From Christensenellaceae bacterium (GTDB lineage: Bacteria; Bacillota; Clostridia; Christensenellales; UBA1242): a DNA stretch of 64,000 nt. The first letter of the stretch is position 1; each line of letters opens with the position of its first letter. The notes beneath the pieces were generated by a model. The model was not told the origin of the DNA and made no database searches. It saw only the letters and a list, made by a program, of their open reading frames with translations. Of the stretch, positions 45,835-55,041 are shown piece after piece. The DNA lies in the NCBI GenBank assembly GCA_031260975.1, contig JAISKJ010000003.1, forward strand, positions 436,065 to 500,064, in the 5' to 3' direction. The position numbers and the translations under genes are program-made.

Positions 45835-45980
45835 TTGACAAAAACAAAACCTTTGAGGTATAATAAAATCATGAAAATAGAATTCTATACACTACTATCA
45901 TAAATGGGCATGTCACAAGGCATGCGCTTTTTGGTGGTGCTATAGGTTAACCGACAGCACATACTGTCGGATTTTTTTAT
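45835..45980 (+). promoter_or_regulatory. leuS leader: promoter TTGACA-18-TATAAT, 10-codon mini-ORF (45871-45903, MKIEFYTLLS), GGTGGTGC box, intrinsic terminator 45951-45978
   Basis: All elements read directly; terminator CCGACAG-CACATA-CTGTCGG plus T7. Confidence 0.6.
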
Positions 45981-46056
45981 AAATACTAGTTTTTATAAAA
46001 ATATCACAAGCAGATTAAGGCTAACGTCCGCGGGTGTACACACAAGGAGAGAAAAT

Positions 46057-48426
46057 ATGAGAGAATATAAATATCGTGAAATTGAACAAAAATGGCAAAA
46101 GATTTGGGAGAAAGACAACGCCTTTAAGGCCGTTGATGAGGATTGCCGTTCCAAACAATATTTGCTGTTTGAATTTCCTTACCCTAGCGGTGCCGGTATG
46201 CACGTAGGTCACGTGCGGGCTTATTCTGCCGTTGAAGCACTTGCCCGCAAGCGCAGACTTCAGGGCTACAATGTTTTGTGCCCCGTTGGCTATGACGCGT
46301 TTGGTTTACCTGCCGAAAATTACGCCATAAAAACCGGTAAGCACCCGGGCGAACTGACTAAGGCCACTATCGCCAATTTTTCCGCTCAAATTAAGCGTTT
46401 GGGTTTTGGTGTGGATTGGTCACGCCAAATTGCCACATGTGAGCCAGAATTTTATAAATGGACACAGTGGATATTTTTGCAGATGTTTAAACGCGGACTT
46501 GCCTATAGGGCTGTCAGCAAAGTAAACTTTTGTGAGAAATGCAAATGTGTGCTTGCCAATGAGGATTGTGAAGGCGGCAAATGTGACCGCTGCCATACCA
46601 AGGTTGTTCAAAAAGAGCGTATGGTGTGGTTTTTGAAGATACGCGACTATGCCGAAAGGCTGCTGGAAGGCTTAGACCGAACAGAATTTTTGGAATCTGT
46701 CAAGCAGGGTCAGCGTCATTGGATTGGCAAAAGCGAGGGCCTTGAGATTGACTTTTTAACCACAAACGGAGAAAAAATTACAGTATACACCACTCGTGCC
46801 GACACGGTTTTTGGTATAACTTTTTTGGTTATTGCCCCTGAACACAAGCTTTTGAAGAGTAAAGACATTAGAAATGCGACGCAAGTTTCAAAATATGTTG
46901 AACAAAGCAAGTTTAAAAAGGAATTTGACCGCAAGCTTAACAAACAAAAAACAGGCGTAAAGCTTGACGGAATAAATGCGGTTAATCCTTTTACCGGCAA
47001 AGAGATTCCCATTTTTGTAGCGGATTATGTTTTGGGCGGTCACGGAACGGGTGCCATTATTGCCGTTCCTGCTCATGATCAGCGCGACTATGAGTTTGCA
47101 AAAAAGTATAAACTTAACATCTTGCAGATTATTGAGGGAGATATCACTCAAAAGGCTTATGAGGGTGATGGTAAGCATATAAATTCAGATTTTATCAACG
47201 GCATGAATATAGCCGACGCCACTAAGTCCGTGAGTGATTATTGTATTAAAAACAAAATAGGCCGCACGCATGTGGACTATGCCATCACTGATTGGGCCTT
47301 TAACCGACAGCGTTATTGGGGCGAGCCTATACCCATTGTTTATTGCAAAAAATGCGGAACTGTGCCCGTGCCCGAAAGTGAGCTGCCATTAACACTTCCT
47401 TTTGTAGACGATTATAAGCCTGATGAAGAAGGCAACAGTCCGCTGTCACGAGCACAAGACTTTGTAAATTGTAAGTGTCCCAAATGTAATGGACCTGCTC
47501 AGCGTGAAACTGACACTATGCCGCAGTGGGCGGGGTCAAGTGCTTATTGGCTGAGATTTATGGACCCGCACAACAATAAAGAGTTTGTAAGTAAAGACAA
47601 AATGAAGTATTGGAATCAGGTTGACCTGTATTCCGGTGGTCAGGAGCATGTAACAAGACATTTGATTTACGCCAGATTTTGGCACAAGTTTTTGTTTGAC
47701 CTCGGCGTTGTTGATTTTGATGAGCCTTTTAAGAGACGTGTGCAGCAGGGGCTGATATTATCTTCCAATGGCTCAAAAATGAGCAAGTCTGCAGGTAATG
47801 TCGTGGGGCCCATTGAGTATACCGACAGACACGGTGCCGATGTGTTTAGAGTGCACCTTTACTTTTTGGGAGACTTCTCTGCCGCGGCTCCATGGAATGA
47901 TGACGCATTGTTTGGCTGTGAAAGATTTATTAGAAGAGTTTGGAACCTGCCCGATATTGTAAAAGGTGACGAAATAAGTGAAAAGCATATATACAAAATA
48001 AATCAGCTTATAAAAAAAGTTGATGATGACAGCGAAAATCTTAAGTTTAACGGAGCTATTGCATCACTTATGGAATTTTTGAATGTGGTGACAAACGACG
48101 GATATATCACCAAAGATGAATTGTATATCTTTTTGCAGCTGCTCTACCCGTTCGCTCCGCACACAACTGAGGAACTGAGTGAAATTATAGGCAAGCCGCC
48201 GATATATAAGTCCGTTTGGCCAAAGGCAGATGAAAAATATTTGCTTGACAAAACCTTTAATATGCCTGTGCAAATAAACGGCAAGCTTAAGGGTGTGGTT
48301 GTGGTAAATCAGGACGACAGCCAAGAGCAAGTCTTGGAAAAAATCAAAGCTACCACTAATATTGATGTTAGTGCAGCCAAAAAGATTGTGTTTGTAAAGA
48401 ATAAAATAATAAGCATCATAAAATAA
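46057..48426 (+). CDS. leuS: leucyl-tRNA synthetase
   Basis: 789 aa; HIGH-type GMHVGHV, KMSKS, editing CP1 domain. Confidence 0.97.
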   Translation: MREYKYREIEQKWQKIWEKDNAFKAVDEDCRSKQYLLFEFPYPSGAGMHVGHVRAYSAVEALARKRRLQGYNVLCPVGYDAFGLPAENYAIKTGKHPGELTKATIANFSAQIKRLGFGVDWSRQIATCEPEFYKWTQWIFLQMFKRGLAYRAVSKVNFCEKCKCVLANEDCEGGKCDRCHTKVVQKERMVWFLKIRDYAERLLEGLDRTEFLESVKQGQRHWIGKSEGLEIDFLTTNGEKITVYTTRADTVFGITFLVIAPEHKLLKSKDIRNATQVSKYVEQSKFKKEFDRKLNKQKTGVKLDGINAVNPFTGKEIPIFVADYVLGGHGTGAIIAVPAHDQRDYEFAKKYKLNILQIIEGDITQKAYEGDGKHINSDFINGMNIADATKSVSDYCIKNKIGRTHVDYAITDWAFNRQRYWGEPIPIVYCKKCGTVPVPESELPLTLPFVDDYKPDEEGNSPLSRAQDFVNCKCPKCNGPAQRETDTMPQWAGSSAYWLRFMDPHNNKEFVSKDKMKYWNQVDLYSGGQEHVTRHLIYARFWHKFLFDLGVVDFDEPFKRRVQQGLILSSNGSKMSKSAGNVVGPIEYTDRHGADVFRVHLYFLGDFSAAAPWNDDALFGCERFIRRVWNLPDIVKGDEISEKHIYKINQLIKKVDDDSENLKFNGAIASLMEFLNVVTNDGYITKDELYIFLQLLYPFAPHTTEELSEIIGKPPIYKSVWPKADEKYLLDKTFNMPVQINGKLKGVVVVNQDDSQEQVLEKIKATTNIDVSAAKKIVFVKNKIISIIK

Positions 48427-48449
48427 AAAAGAGATTAAATCTCTTTTTT
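48425..48449. terminator. bidirectional terminator between leuS and rnhA
   Basis: AAAAAAGAGAT-TAA-ATCTCTTTTTT symmetrical hairpin. Confidence 0.8.
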
Positions 48450-48453
48450 GTTT

Positions 48454-48912
48454 TTATGTCAGTTTTGTCAAATCGCTTTTAAATTTCTCACTTTCTTTTA
48501 CGGCGATTTTATCGCACTTGTTGTTATACTCATTGTCAGCGTGGCCCTTAACTTTCACAAATCTTACAGTGTGTTTCCTTGTTAAATTTAAAAGTTCTTC
48601 CCACAAATCCTGATTGAGCACGGGCTTTTTGTTTGCGCTTCTCCATCCGTTTAAAACCCAGCCGGATATCCAATCTTGCAAAAACGCATTGCACACATAA
48701 GCTGAGTCTGTATATAATTTTACCGCACAAGGTTCTTTCAGCGCGCTCAACCCTTCAATGGCTCCCTTTAGCTCCATGCGGTTGTTGGTGGTGGCACGCT
48801 CCCCTCCTGACAAAACCTTTTCTTTTTTTCCATATAACAAAATTGCACACCAGCCACCGGGGCCGGGGTTTCCGCTACACGCTCCGTCTGTATAAATTTC
48901 TACTTGCTTCAT
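48454..48912 (-). CDS. rnhA: ribonuclease HI
   Basis: 152 aa; IYTDGACSGNPGPGGW, NNRMEL, HADNEYNNKCD motifs. Confidence 0.93.
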   Translation of the reverse strand: MKQVEIYTDGACSGNPGPGGWCAILLYGKKEKVLSGGERATTNNRMELKGAIEGLSALKEPCAVKLYTDSAYVCNAFLQDWISGWVLNGWRSANKKPVLNQDLWEELLNLTRKHTVRFVKVKGHADNEYNNKCDKIAVKESEKFKSDLTKLT

Positions 48913-49104
48913 GTTCTAATTATAATCCAATAAGACAAGCATTGTCAATCAAACTTGTTTGTAAAGTCATGCATTTTGAAAGTTGGGCAGAATCAGGAAA
49001 AATATAATTATAATCATGAAGCTTATTTTTTGTCATTTGAGCTGTCAACACAATCAACTTGCAAATTTCATAAACTACTTTAATTAAAATGAGGAGAAAA
49101 AATT

Positions 49105-49935
49105 ATGAAATTTTGTGACAGTCACAGTGATTGCCTGACTTTTTATAGCATTGAAAATGCCGCTCAATATCTTAAAAGTTATAAAACAAAAAACATAAAA
49201 ACACTTTGCTGTGCCGTGTTTACAAGTGAGCTGAAAGAAGACCCGCTTTTATATATTGAAGCCGCGGCAGCCCAAATAAAGGCGTTAAATTCAGGACATA
49301 AATTTATTATTTACGGTGAAGACTGCAGTTTTTTGACAAAAAGCAACCTAAAAACTTTGATAGATTTGCGTCCTGTTTCATGCGGGCTCACATGGCATTT
49401 TGACAATAGTCTTGCCGGAGGCGACGAGGGACACGGAGATATCACTCCGTTTGGAACTGAAGTCATAAAAACTCTGGAGCAAAATAACATTTTTATAGAT
49501 ACTGCTCATCTCAACCGTAAATCTTTTTATCAGGTTTGCGGGCTTTCAAAAAAACCTATTTACAACTCTCACTGCGGCGTATATAAGTTTTGCCGCAACA
49601 AACGGAACTTGACCGACCAACAGATTAAATATATTTTTGATACAAACGGTTTTATGGGTATTTATCTTGTTTCATATTTGTTGAGCAAAAAGCATTGTTC
49701 CGTTAGGACTGTTGCTGAGCATTTTGATTATGTAATAAGAAAATTCGGATATAAAAATGTAGGCTTAGGCACGGATTTTTTTGGCACAAAAAACCTGCCC
49801 GCACGTGCGACGGGCTATGATGATTTGCATTTGATTTTAAAAGAACTGAAAGACATGGGACATTCGCGCAAAATAATAAAACATATTGCTCATAAAAACT
49901 ATACTGATTTTTTAAAACGCAGCGGATTATTGTGA
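49105..49935 (+). CDS. membrane dipeptidase (M19 family)-like protein
   Basis: 276 aa; CDSHSDCL, DTAHLN, GLGTDFFG motifs resembling the renal dipeptidase family. Confidence 0.7.
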   Translation: MKFCDSHSDCLTFYSIENAAQYLKSYKTKNIKTLCCAVFTSELKEDPLLYIEAAAAQIKALNSGHKFIIYGEDCSFLTKSNLKTLIDLRPVSCGLTWHFDNSLAGGDEGHGDITPFGTEVIKTLEQNNIFIDTAHLNRKSFYQVCGLSKKPIYNSHCGVYKFCRNKRNLTDQQIKYIFDTNGFMGIYLVSYLLSKKHCSVRTVAEHFDYVIRKFGYKNVGLGTDFFGTKNLPARATGYDDLHLILKELKDMGHSRKIIKHIAHKNYTDFLKRSGLL

Positions 49936-50751
49936 GCTATCTTTATATTTATATAGGATGGCGGGTCTGAACCCTCCGGTTTTATATATGCCCAATGACT
50001 GAGCCTTGTTTTTTATCTTTCGCTGAAAATTGGCCTTACTGAGTTTTTTGTCTAGTATAGCTTCATACACTTGTTTTAGTTCAGCCATAGTAAATTGTTT
50101 TTCCAGCATACTGAAAGCAATATCAGTATATTCCAGCTTATTTCTTATTCTGTTGAGGCCATAGAAGATTACTTTGGCGTGGTCAAATGCAAGATTCTTG
50201 GCTTCTGTCATAATTATGCTGCCGTTGTCTGTTTTTATTTTTGCTTTGATAACTACTCCGTTTTCACCCTCAAGCGTCATTTCACACACGCCGTCAGAAG
50301 CTGTCGGTGAGGTTTTTAATGTAAACCATGAAGTTTTATTGCTGTCATCATTGAGACTTGTTCTTTTTTTGTTTATCAGCCCCACATAAGAAATTGACAA
50401 TACTCTGGTTCGGGGGTCTCTGTCAACATCTCCAAAGGTGTAAAGTTGCTCAAGATACATATCCTTTATTTTAGTTTTGTTTTTCAGGCATCTGATTGAA
50501 GCGTCTTCAAGTGCTTCATTCAGCCTGACAAATGTGCCGGGTAAACTCCATAGGTCAATATATGGGTGCTCATCTCTTTTGACAAGCAAAACCTGAAGTT
50601 TTTTTTCACCGAGTTTTCGGATATTATTATTTTCCGTTTCATCAATAGCAAACAATAAATTGTCAACCGCCACCGACGGTCTTTCAAAATCGGTTATTTT
50701 ATATTGTTTTAAAAACTCTGCTTCGGTTAATCCGTTTTTATCTTTTTTCAT
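49927..50751 (-). CDS. nrtR: NrtR-like Nudix-related transcriptional regulator
   Basis: 274 aa; N-terminal Nudix fold plus C-terminal wHTH (FTMAELKQVYEAIL...ANFQRKI); adjacent to nadE-nadV-prs. Confidence 0.75.
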   Translation of the reverse strand: MKKDKNGLTEAEFLKQYKITDFERPSVAVDNLLFAIDETENNNIRKLGEKKLQVLLVKRDEHPYIDLWSLPGTFVRLNEALEDASIRCLKNKTKIKDMYLEQLYTFGDVDRDPRTRVLSISYVGLINKKRTSLNDDSNKTSWFTLKTSPTASDGVCEMTLEGENGVVIKAKIKTDNGSIIMTEAKNLAFDHAKVIFYGLNRIRNKLEYTDIAFSMLEKQFTMAELKQVYEAILDKKLSKANFQRKIKNKAQSLGIYKTGGFRPAILYKYKDSSQ

Positions 50752-50759
50752 ATAATTTA

Positions 50760-50788
50760 ATTATAATATCCCTAGTCTTAAAAGTCAA
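50760..50788 (-). promoter_or_regulatory. consensus promoter of nrtR (TTGACT-17-TATAAT), ATG 8 nt after the -10 box
   Basis: -35 at 50788-83, -10 at 50765-60, ATG 50751-49, no SD. Confidence 0.65.
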
Positions 50789-50825
50789 ATAAAACCGCTG
50801 CTAGGTTTTCGGCGGTTTTATTTTG

Positions 50826-51602
50826 TTAAAATTGCATTGTCTGGTCTGAGCCATCAAATATCGGAACAGATGCAAGCTTGTGTGTTGACATGGCAATTCG
50901 GTTTTTTATTATTTGGTCAGCTTCAGTGCTTCCTGAGGTGCCGTATAGAATGAAATTATCTATTTCTTCATAGGTTGCTCCTAGCTCCCCCTCATCGGTC
51001 TGACCCTCATAAAGTCCTGCCGAAGGCGGCTTGTTTATTATTGACTGCGGCACCTCAAGGTGACGTGCCAAGACTCTGACCTCGCCTTTGGTCAACATTC
51101 CCAAAGGATTTAAATCATGAGCTCCGTCGCCCCATTTGGTGAAGTATCCCAGCAGCCGCTCATCAAGATTTCCCGTTCCTATCACAAATGCGCTGTTGTT
51201 TTGTGCAAGCGCATAAAGAACAGACATTCGAACTCTGGGCGGAATATTCATTCTGCTCAAGGTTCTAAGCGGCTCATCAATTGCGTTTTCAAATTGGTTA
51301 CAAATATCTTTAATATCTATTATTCTATAATTAAAGCCGAATTCGTTTACCATTTCCATAGCATCTTCAATGTTTTTGATATTCGTTACAGTGTTTTCAT
51401 CGTCCGGAAGCATTACCAATTCTACATTTATGCCTGCTTTTTGGCATAGCCTTGCCACAACGGCACTGTCTATGCCGCCGCTCATGCCAAGCACCACACC
51501 GCTTCGTCCTGCGCGCTCAACGCTTTTTCTTATAAAATCTGCAATGCAACTGATATATTGCTCAGCATTTTTTTCAGTTATTACAAAATTCTTGTTTATC
51601 AT
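50826..51602 (-). CDS. nadE: NH3-dependent NAD+ synthetase
   Basis: 258 aa; PP-loop GMSGGIDSAV; 1-nt overlap with nadV stop. Confidence 0.92.
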   Translation of the reverse strand: MINKNFVITEKNAEQYISCIADFIRKSVERAGRSGVVLGMSGGIDSAVVARLCQKAGINVELVMLPDDENTVTNIKNIEDAMEMVNEFGFNYRIIDIKDICNQFENAIDEPLRTLSRMNIPPRVRMSVLYALAQNNSAFVIGTGNLDERLLGYFTKWGDGAHDLNPLGMLTKGEVRVLARHLEVPQSIINKPPSAGLYEGQTDEGELGATYEEIDNFILYGTSGSTEADQIIKNRIAMSTHKLASVPIFDGSDQTMQF

Positions 51603-53188
51603 TAAAATCTCCTTTCATCATATTGATTGTTTTGTGGGTTTATGTTCTGCCATCCATACACTCTGGTTGATTCACTCGCTACCCGTGCTCTTATATCTTC
51701 AAAGTTGTTAGGCTTTACCAGCTCACCGTTTACATAAAAATTTTCAAGCAGGTTAATGTCGGCGAGCGCTGCTTCCTGTTCGGGAGTAAGTCCGTCTATC
51801 AAAGCCAAATCACCGTCTCTTTCCACTGCCGCAACCATGCCTTTGCCTGATTTTTTAAAGCTGTCCTTATCAGTTGCCGGCCTTTTTTGAATCATCTTAA
51901 ACTCACCGTCCTGAATTTCGGCCGTAGACTTCAGGGCAAACCCAAAGGTGTCACGTGTGTTATATTGATAAGTATAAGACCCGATACCCAAATTTACGTT
52001 AGTTGTGGCAAAGCCTTTGTCCATTAACCGCTCACATATTTTTTGTGTGCGCTCGGGCGTTATGGCGTCGGCATACACCGCGCCTATTTTAGGACTTAGC
52101 TCGATATAACCCTTTTCATTGATAGTGCCGCCAAATATCTCATATAATCTTTCAATAAGACCTTTCCTTACGGTTTCGTCTTCGCTCAGCGGGTCGCCGC
52201 ATATAATGTCAACGGGGTCTCCGCTGTCGGGTCTGACAACCACCTTGCCATCCCTGCGCAGCATTTCTTCTCTAAACAGCGGCAACACATTGTCAATCAC
52301 GTTCCAAAAGTCATAGGTGTCAGAAACTATTGATATTGTACCGCTGCGATGAACGTTTTGTGTTAAAAACTTATATGCATTATATTCGTCCTCACCGTGA
52401 CAGCACATAACCGAGTGCTCAGTAGACAGTGTTCCGTTCAGCGTATCCGGTTTGGCATCATAATATCTCATAAGATAATCCTTTGCCTGAACTGTGGATG
52501 AAGCGCCGAAAGACAATAAGTGTCCTCCGGAGGTTCGCATAGCTGCCTCCGGAGAAGCCATACCTCTTAGCGAAAAGTCGCTTGCCTGAGTCATCAGCTT
52601 GGTTCTGTCGCCCGTAAGGTCTGCGTAACTTAGCAGCGTTTGCTTAACCTTGTCAGCTATTGTGGCCGCTGTCATCGGAGCCCATATATAAGAGGACAGC
52701 TGACTTTCAAGAAAGCTTGGCAGCCAGAAAAATTCGGGCAAAGTATTTTCGACAGTAAACATTGGCACACCTATCGGTGTGAAAGTACCTTCTTTAAGTG
52801 CCTTTATTTTAAGGGGTAAATATCCCAGATTGTGCAGGTTTCTTATATGTGCTGTGTCAATATTATTTGCAAATTCGGGATTTGTTCTGCCAAACACGTC
52901 TGCTGCAGTCTCTTTATATTCTGCTATAATCTCTTCTATGTCCCGGCCGAAAAAGTATTGCTCAAAATTTTCGGTTATTTCTTGTATTGCGCCTTGCAAT
53001 CCATAAAATACAACGTGATTGATGCCTTCCATTCTGGATTTTCTAGGTGTCCAAGTCAAATATAATTTCTCAATTCCCGGAGGATATTGTTTTATGTGCC
53101 CCATCTTGTTTGCGTCAATGCATTTTATAGGGTTTAATACTCGTTCTCTGGATACTTTAGGGTTGCATATCGTTCGTTTCTGTTCCAT
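51602..53188 (-). CDS. nadV: nicotinamide phosphoribosyltransferase
   Basis: 528 aa; NAMPT motifs (SDTYDFW, VVRPDSGDP, GIGSY); overlaps prs 3' end by 32 nt. Confidence 0.88.
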   Translation of the reverse strand: MEQKRTICNPKVSRERVLNPIKCIDANKMGHIKQYPPGIEKLYLTWTPRKSRMEGINHVVFYGLQGAIQEITENFEQYFFGRDIEEIIAEYKETAADVFGRTNPEFANNIDTAHIRNLHNLGYLPLKIKALKEGTFTPIGVPMFTVENTLPEFFWLPSFLESQLSSYIWAPMTAATIADKVKQTLLSYADLTGDRTKLMTQASDFSLRGMASPEAAMRTSGGHLLSFGASSTVQAKDYLMRYYDAKPDTLNGTLSTEHSVMCCHGEDEYNAYKFLTQNVHRSGTISIVSDTYDFWNVIDNVLPLFREEMLRRDGKVVVRPDSGDPVDIICGDPLSEDETVRKGLIERLYEIFGGTINEKGYIELSPKIGAVYADAITPERTQKICERLMDKGFATTNVNLGIGSYTYQYNTRDTFGFALKSTAEIQDGEFKMIQKRPATDKDSFKKSGKGMVAAVERDGDLALIDGLTPEQEAALADINLLENFYVNGELVKPNNFEDIRARVASESTRVYGWQNINPQNNQYDERRF

Positions 53189-54005
53189 ATTGTTCTGCCT
53201 CCAATGACAATTTTTTAATTTTTGGGTGCTCTTTTTTCAGCATCGAATCGCTGGTATAAATTATATCTATCGGTGAATCATCCTGCAGCAGCCTTCCTTC
53301 AAAAATTGTATTTTCACAATGAGCTACTAGCAGGCTTACCTTTTTAGCGCCAAGCGCCTTTAAAGTATTTCCCACACTTAAAAATGTTCCGCCTTTTGAA
53401 CATAAATCATCAATAATAATGCAATGGCTGTTTAAATTAACTGTGCCTTCTTCAAGCTCTATGTCCTCAATGTTTCCTGTTATGGGGTTTCTTTTTTTGT
53501 TAAAAATAAGAGGGTTTAAAATGTCCATATCGCAATATCGCTGCGCAGCTCCCATATCGGGAAACACAATGTGGTCTTGTGTGCCAAAACTTGTTTTTTC
53601 CATAATCTGATAAAGCCATTCTTTTGTGGGATAAACAGTTTTTATATTGATGCCGTTTTCACTAAACAAAGCTTCTGTTTGATATGAATGGGGTTCCATC
53701 ACAGTAATTTCATTAAAATTTAACCCGCTTAAAAAACCACATGCATATTTCAGAGTAAATAAATCGCCCGGAATTTCCCTGTCCATCCTGCTATAAGGCA
53801 TATACCATATAAATAAATCGGTTTTCTTACCCATTTCGTCAAGCCGTTTTTTTGCAAACATCAAGCTTATAAGGTCACGGTCCGATTCATATTTTAATTC
53901 CAATAAACACTCATCCGTGTCCAATGCTTCCATAAAGTCCTTCACTTTGGTTTCGTTGTTGGGATACTTTTCAGTGTTTATTTTTTTGCCATTAATCAGA
54001 AGCAT
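53157..54005 (-). CDS. prs: ribose-phosphate pyrophosphokinase-like phosphoribosyltransferase
   Basis: 282 aa; PRPP-binding loop IIIDDLCSKGGT; classic nadV partner. Confidence 0.75.
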   Translation of the reverse strand: MLLINGKKINTEKYPNNETKVKDFMEALDTDECLLELKYESDRDLISLMFAKKRLDEMGKKTDLFIWYMPYSRMDREIPGDLFTLKYACGFLSGLNFNEITVMEPHSYQTEALFSENGINIKTVYPTKEWLYQIMEKTSFGTQDHIVFPDMGAAQRYCDMDILNPLIFNKKRNPITGNIEDIELEEGTVNLNSHCIIIDDLCSKGGTFLSVGNTLKALGAKKVSLLVAHCENTIFEGRLLQDDSPIDIIYTSDSMLKKEHPKIKKLSLEAEQYGTETNDMQP

Positions 54006-54211
54006 AGTACTTCCTCCGTTTTTAGTGTTTCAACTACTTCTACGCCCGCCTGTGTCATTTCGGCAAAAGCCTTTTCGTTCCATTCATTTCGCTTGTGTGT
54101 GCCGGTAATATTAAAAGTGTCAACTGCGTCTTTTGGAACAATTACTTTTACGTCTTTGTTTTTTTGATTTAAATAATTTTTCAGATTAAAAAAAATAAGT
54201 TTTTTGTCTCT
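53996..54211 (-). pseudogene. C-terminal remnant of an isochorismatase/nicotinamidase-family gene, no start codon
   Basis: 71 open codons ending TGA 53998-96; ...DVKVIVPKDAVDTFNITGTHKRNEWNEKAFAEMTQAGVEVVET resembles cysteine-hydrolase C-termini; bounded upstream by in-frame TAG and the pgsA terminator. Confidence 0.45.
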
Positions 54212-54240
54212 CTAAGTCTGTCAGTTTTGTTACTATTAAT

Positions 54241-54266
54241 AAAAAAGACACTTAAAAGTGTCTTTA
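54241..54266 (-). terminator. intrinsic terminator of pgsA
   Basis: AAAGACACT-TAAA-AGTGTCTTT stem, T-run on the minus strand. Confidence 0.8.
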
Positions 54267-54298
54267 TGGTGATGCCCTTGCATACTTCTTTTCATGGG

Positions 54299-54892
54299 TT
54301 ATGTTTTGGTTTCTTCTTTAAATAAATGTTGATTTACCACCAGATAATTTATGCCTGAATATATCGTAAGCAGCACAGCTATGCCCAAGAGTACGTGACA
54401 GAATATTTCATAGGCAAACAAAAAGGTAGTGCCGCCAAGCCATCCGGCCATGTTAATTCCGGCCAGAAGCATATATGCACCCACCGAAATGTCTTGGAAG
54501 ACTGCTTTAATTTTACCCCATTTATCAGCGCTGAGACTAATACCTTGAAGCGCAGCCACCTGACGCAAGGCAGTTATAACAATTTCACGCCCGATAATAA
54601 TGACTGCTGCAATGACACCGTATGGCGCCGGGATTGTTCCGTCGACAACAACAAGCAAAAGCGCGGCTGTAATCAAAAGCTTATCGGCAAGTGTATCCAA
54701 CAGAGAACCAAGCTTTGTTACAAGCCCCAATTTTCGTGCAAAATGCCCATCTAACAGGTCGGTAATTCCTGCAATTATATAAAGCCCGAGCGCAATAAAT
54801 ATCCCATACGGAACAAATGTGGCCAGATACATGAATACAATAATCGGTATAAACAGTATCCGGCTCAGTGATAATTTATTTGGTAAATTCAT
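54299..54892 (-). CDS. pgsA: CDP-diacylglycerol--glycerol-3-phosphate 3-phosphatidyltransferase
   Basis: 197 aa; CDP-alcohol motif DLLDGHFARKLGLVTKLGSLLDTLADK. Confidence 0.92.
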   Translation of the reverse strand: MNLPNKLSLSRILFIPIIVFMYLATFVPYGIFIALGLYIIAGITDLLDGHFARKLGLVTKLGSLLDTLADKLLITAALLLVVVDGTIPAPYGVIAAVIIIGREIVITALRQVAALQGISLSADKWGKIKAVFQDISVGAYMLLAGINMAGWLGGTTFLFAYEIFCHVLLGIAVLLTIYSGINYLVVNQHLFKEETKT

Positions 54893-55041
54893 GGAGATTC
54901 CCCCTGATTAATCTTTTCTTAATGGCACGGACTGTATGGCTTAGAACCTACACATATCCATGTCTTTCTTAGTCTAGCACATACAATTTTAAAAGGCAAG
55001 AAAAACACATAATAATTATGTGTTTAAGATAGAAAAGTAGA

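Noticed and set aside
45931-45940. Canonical T-box call for the leuS leader
   Set aside because: Only a partial GGTGGTGC match is present. About 65 nt of leader before it cannot hold Stem I, and no AGAGA/GA motif or specifier loop was found. It is reported instead as an unusual leader.
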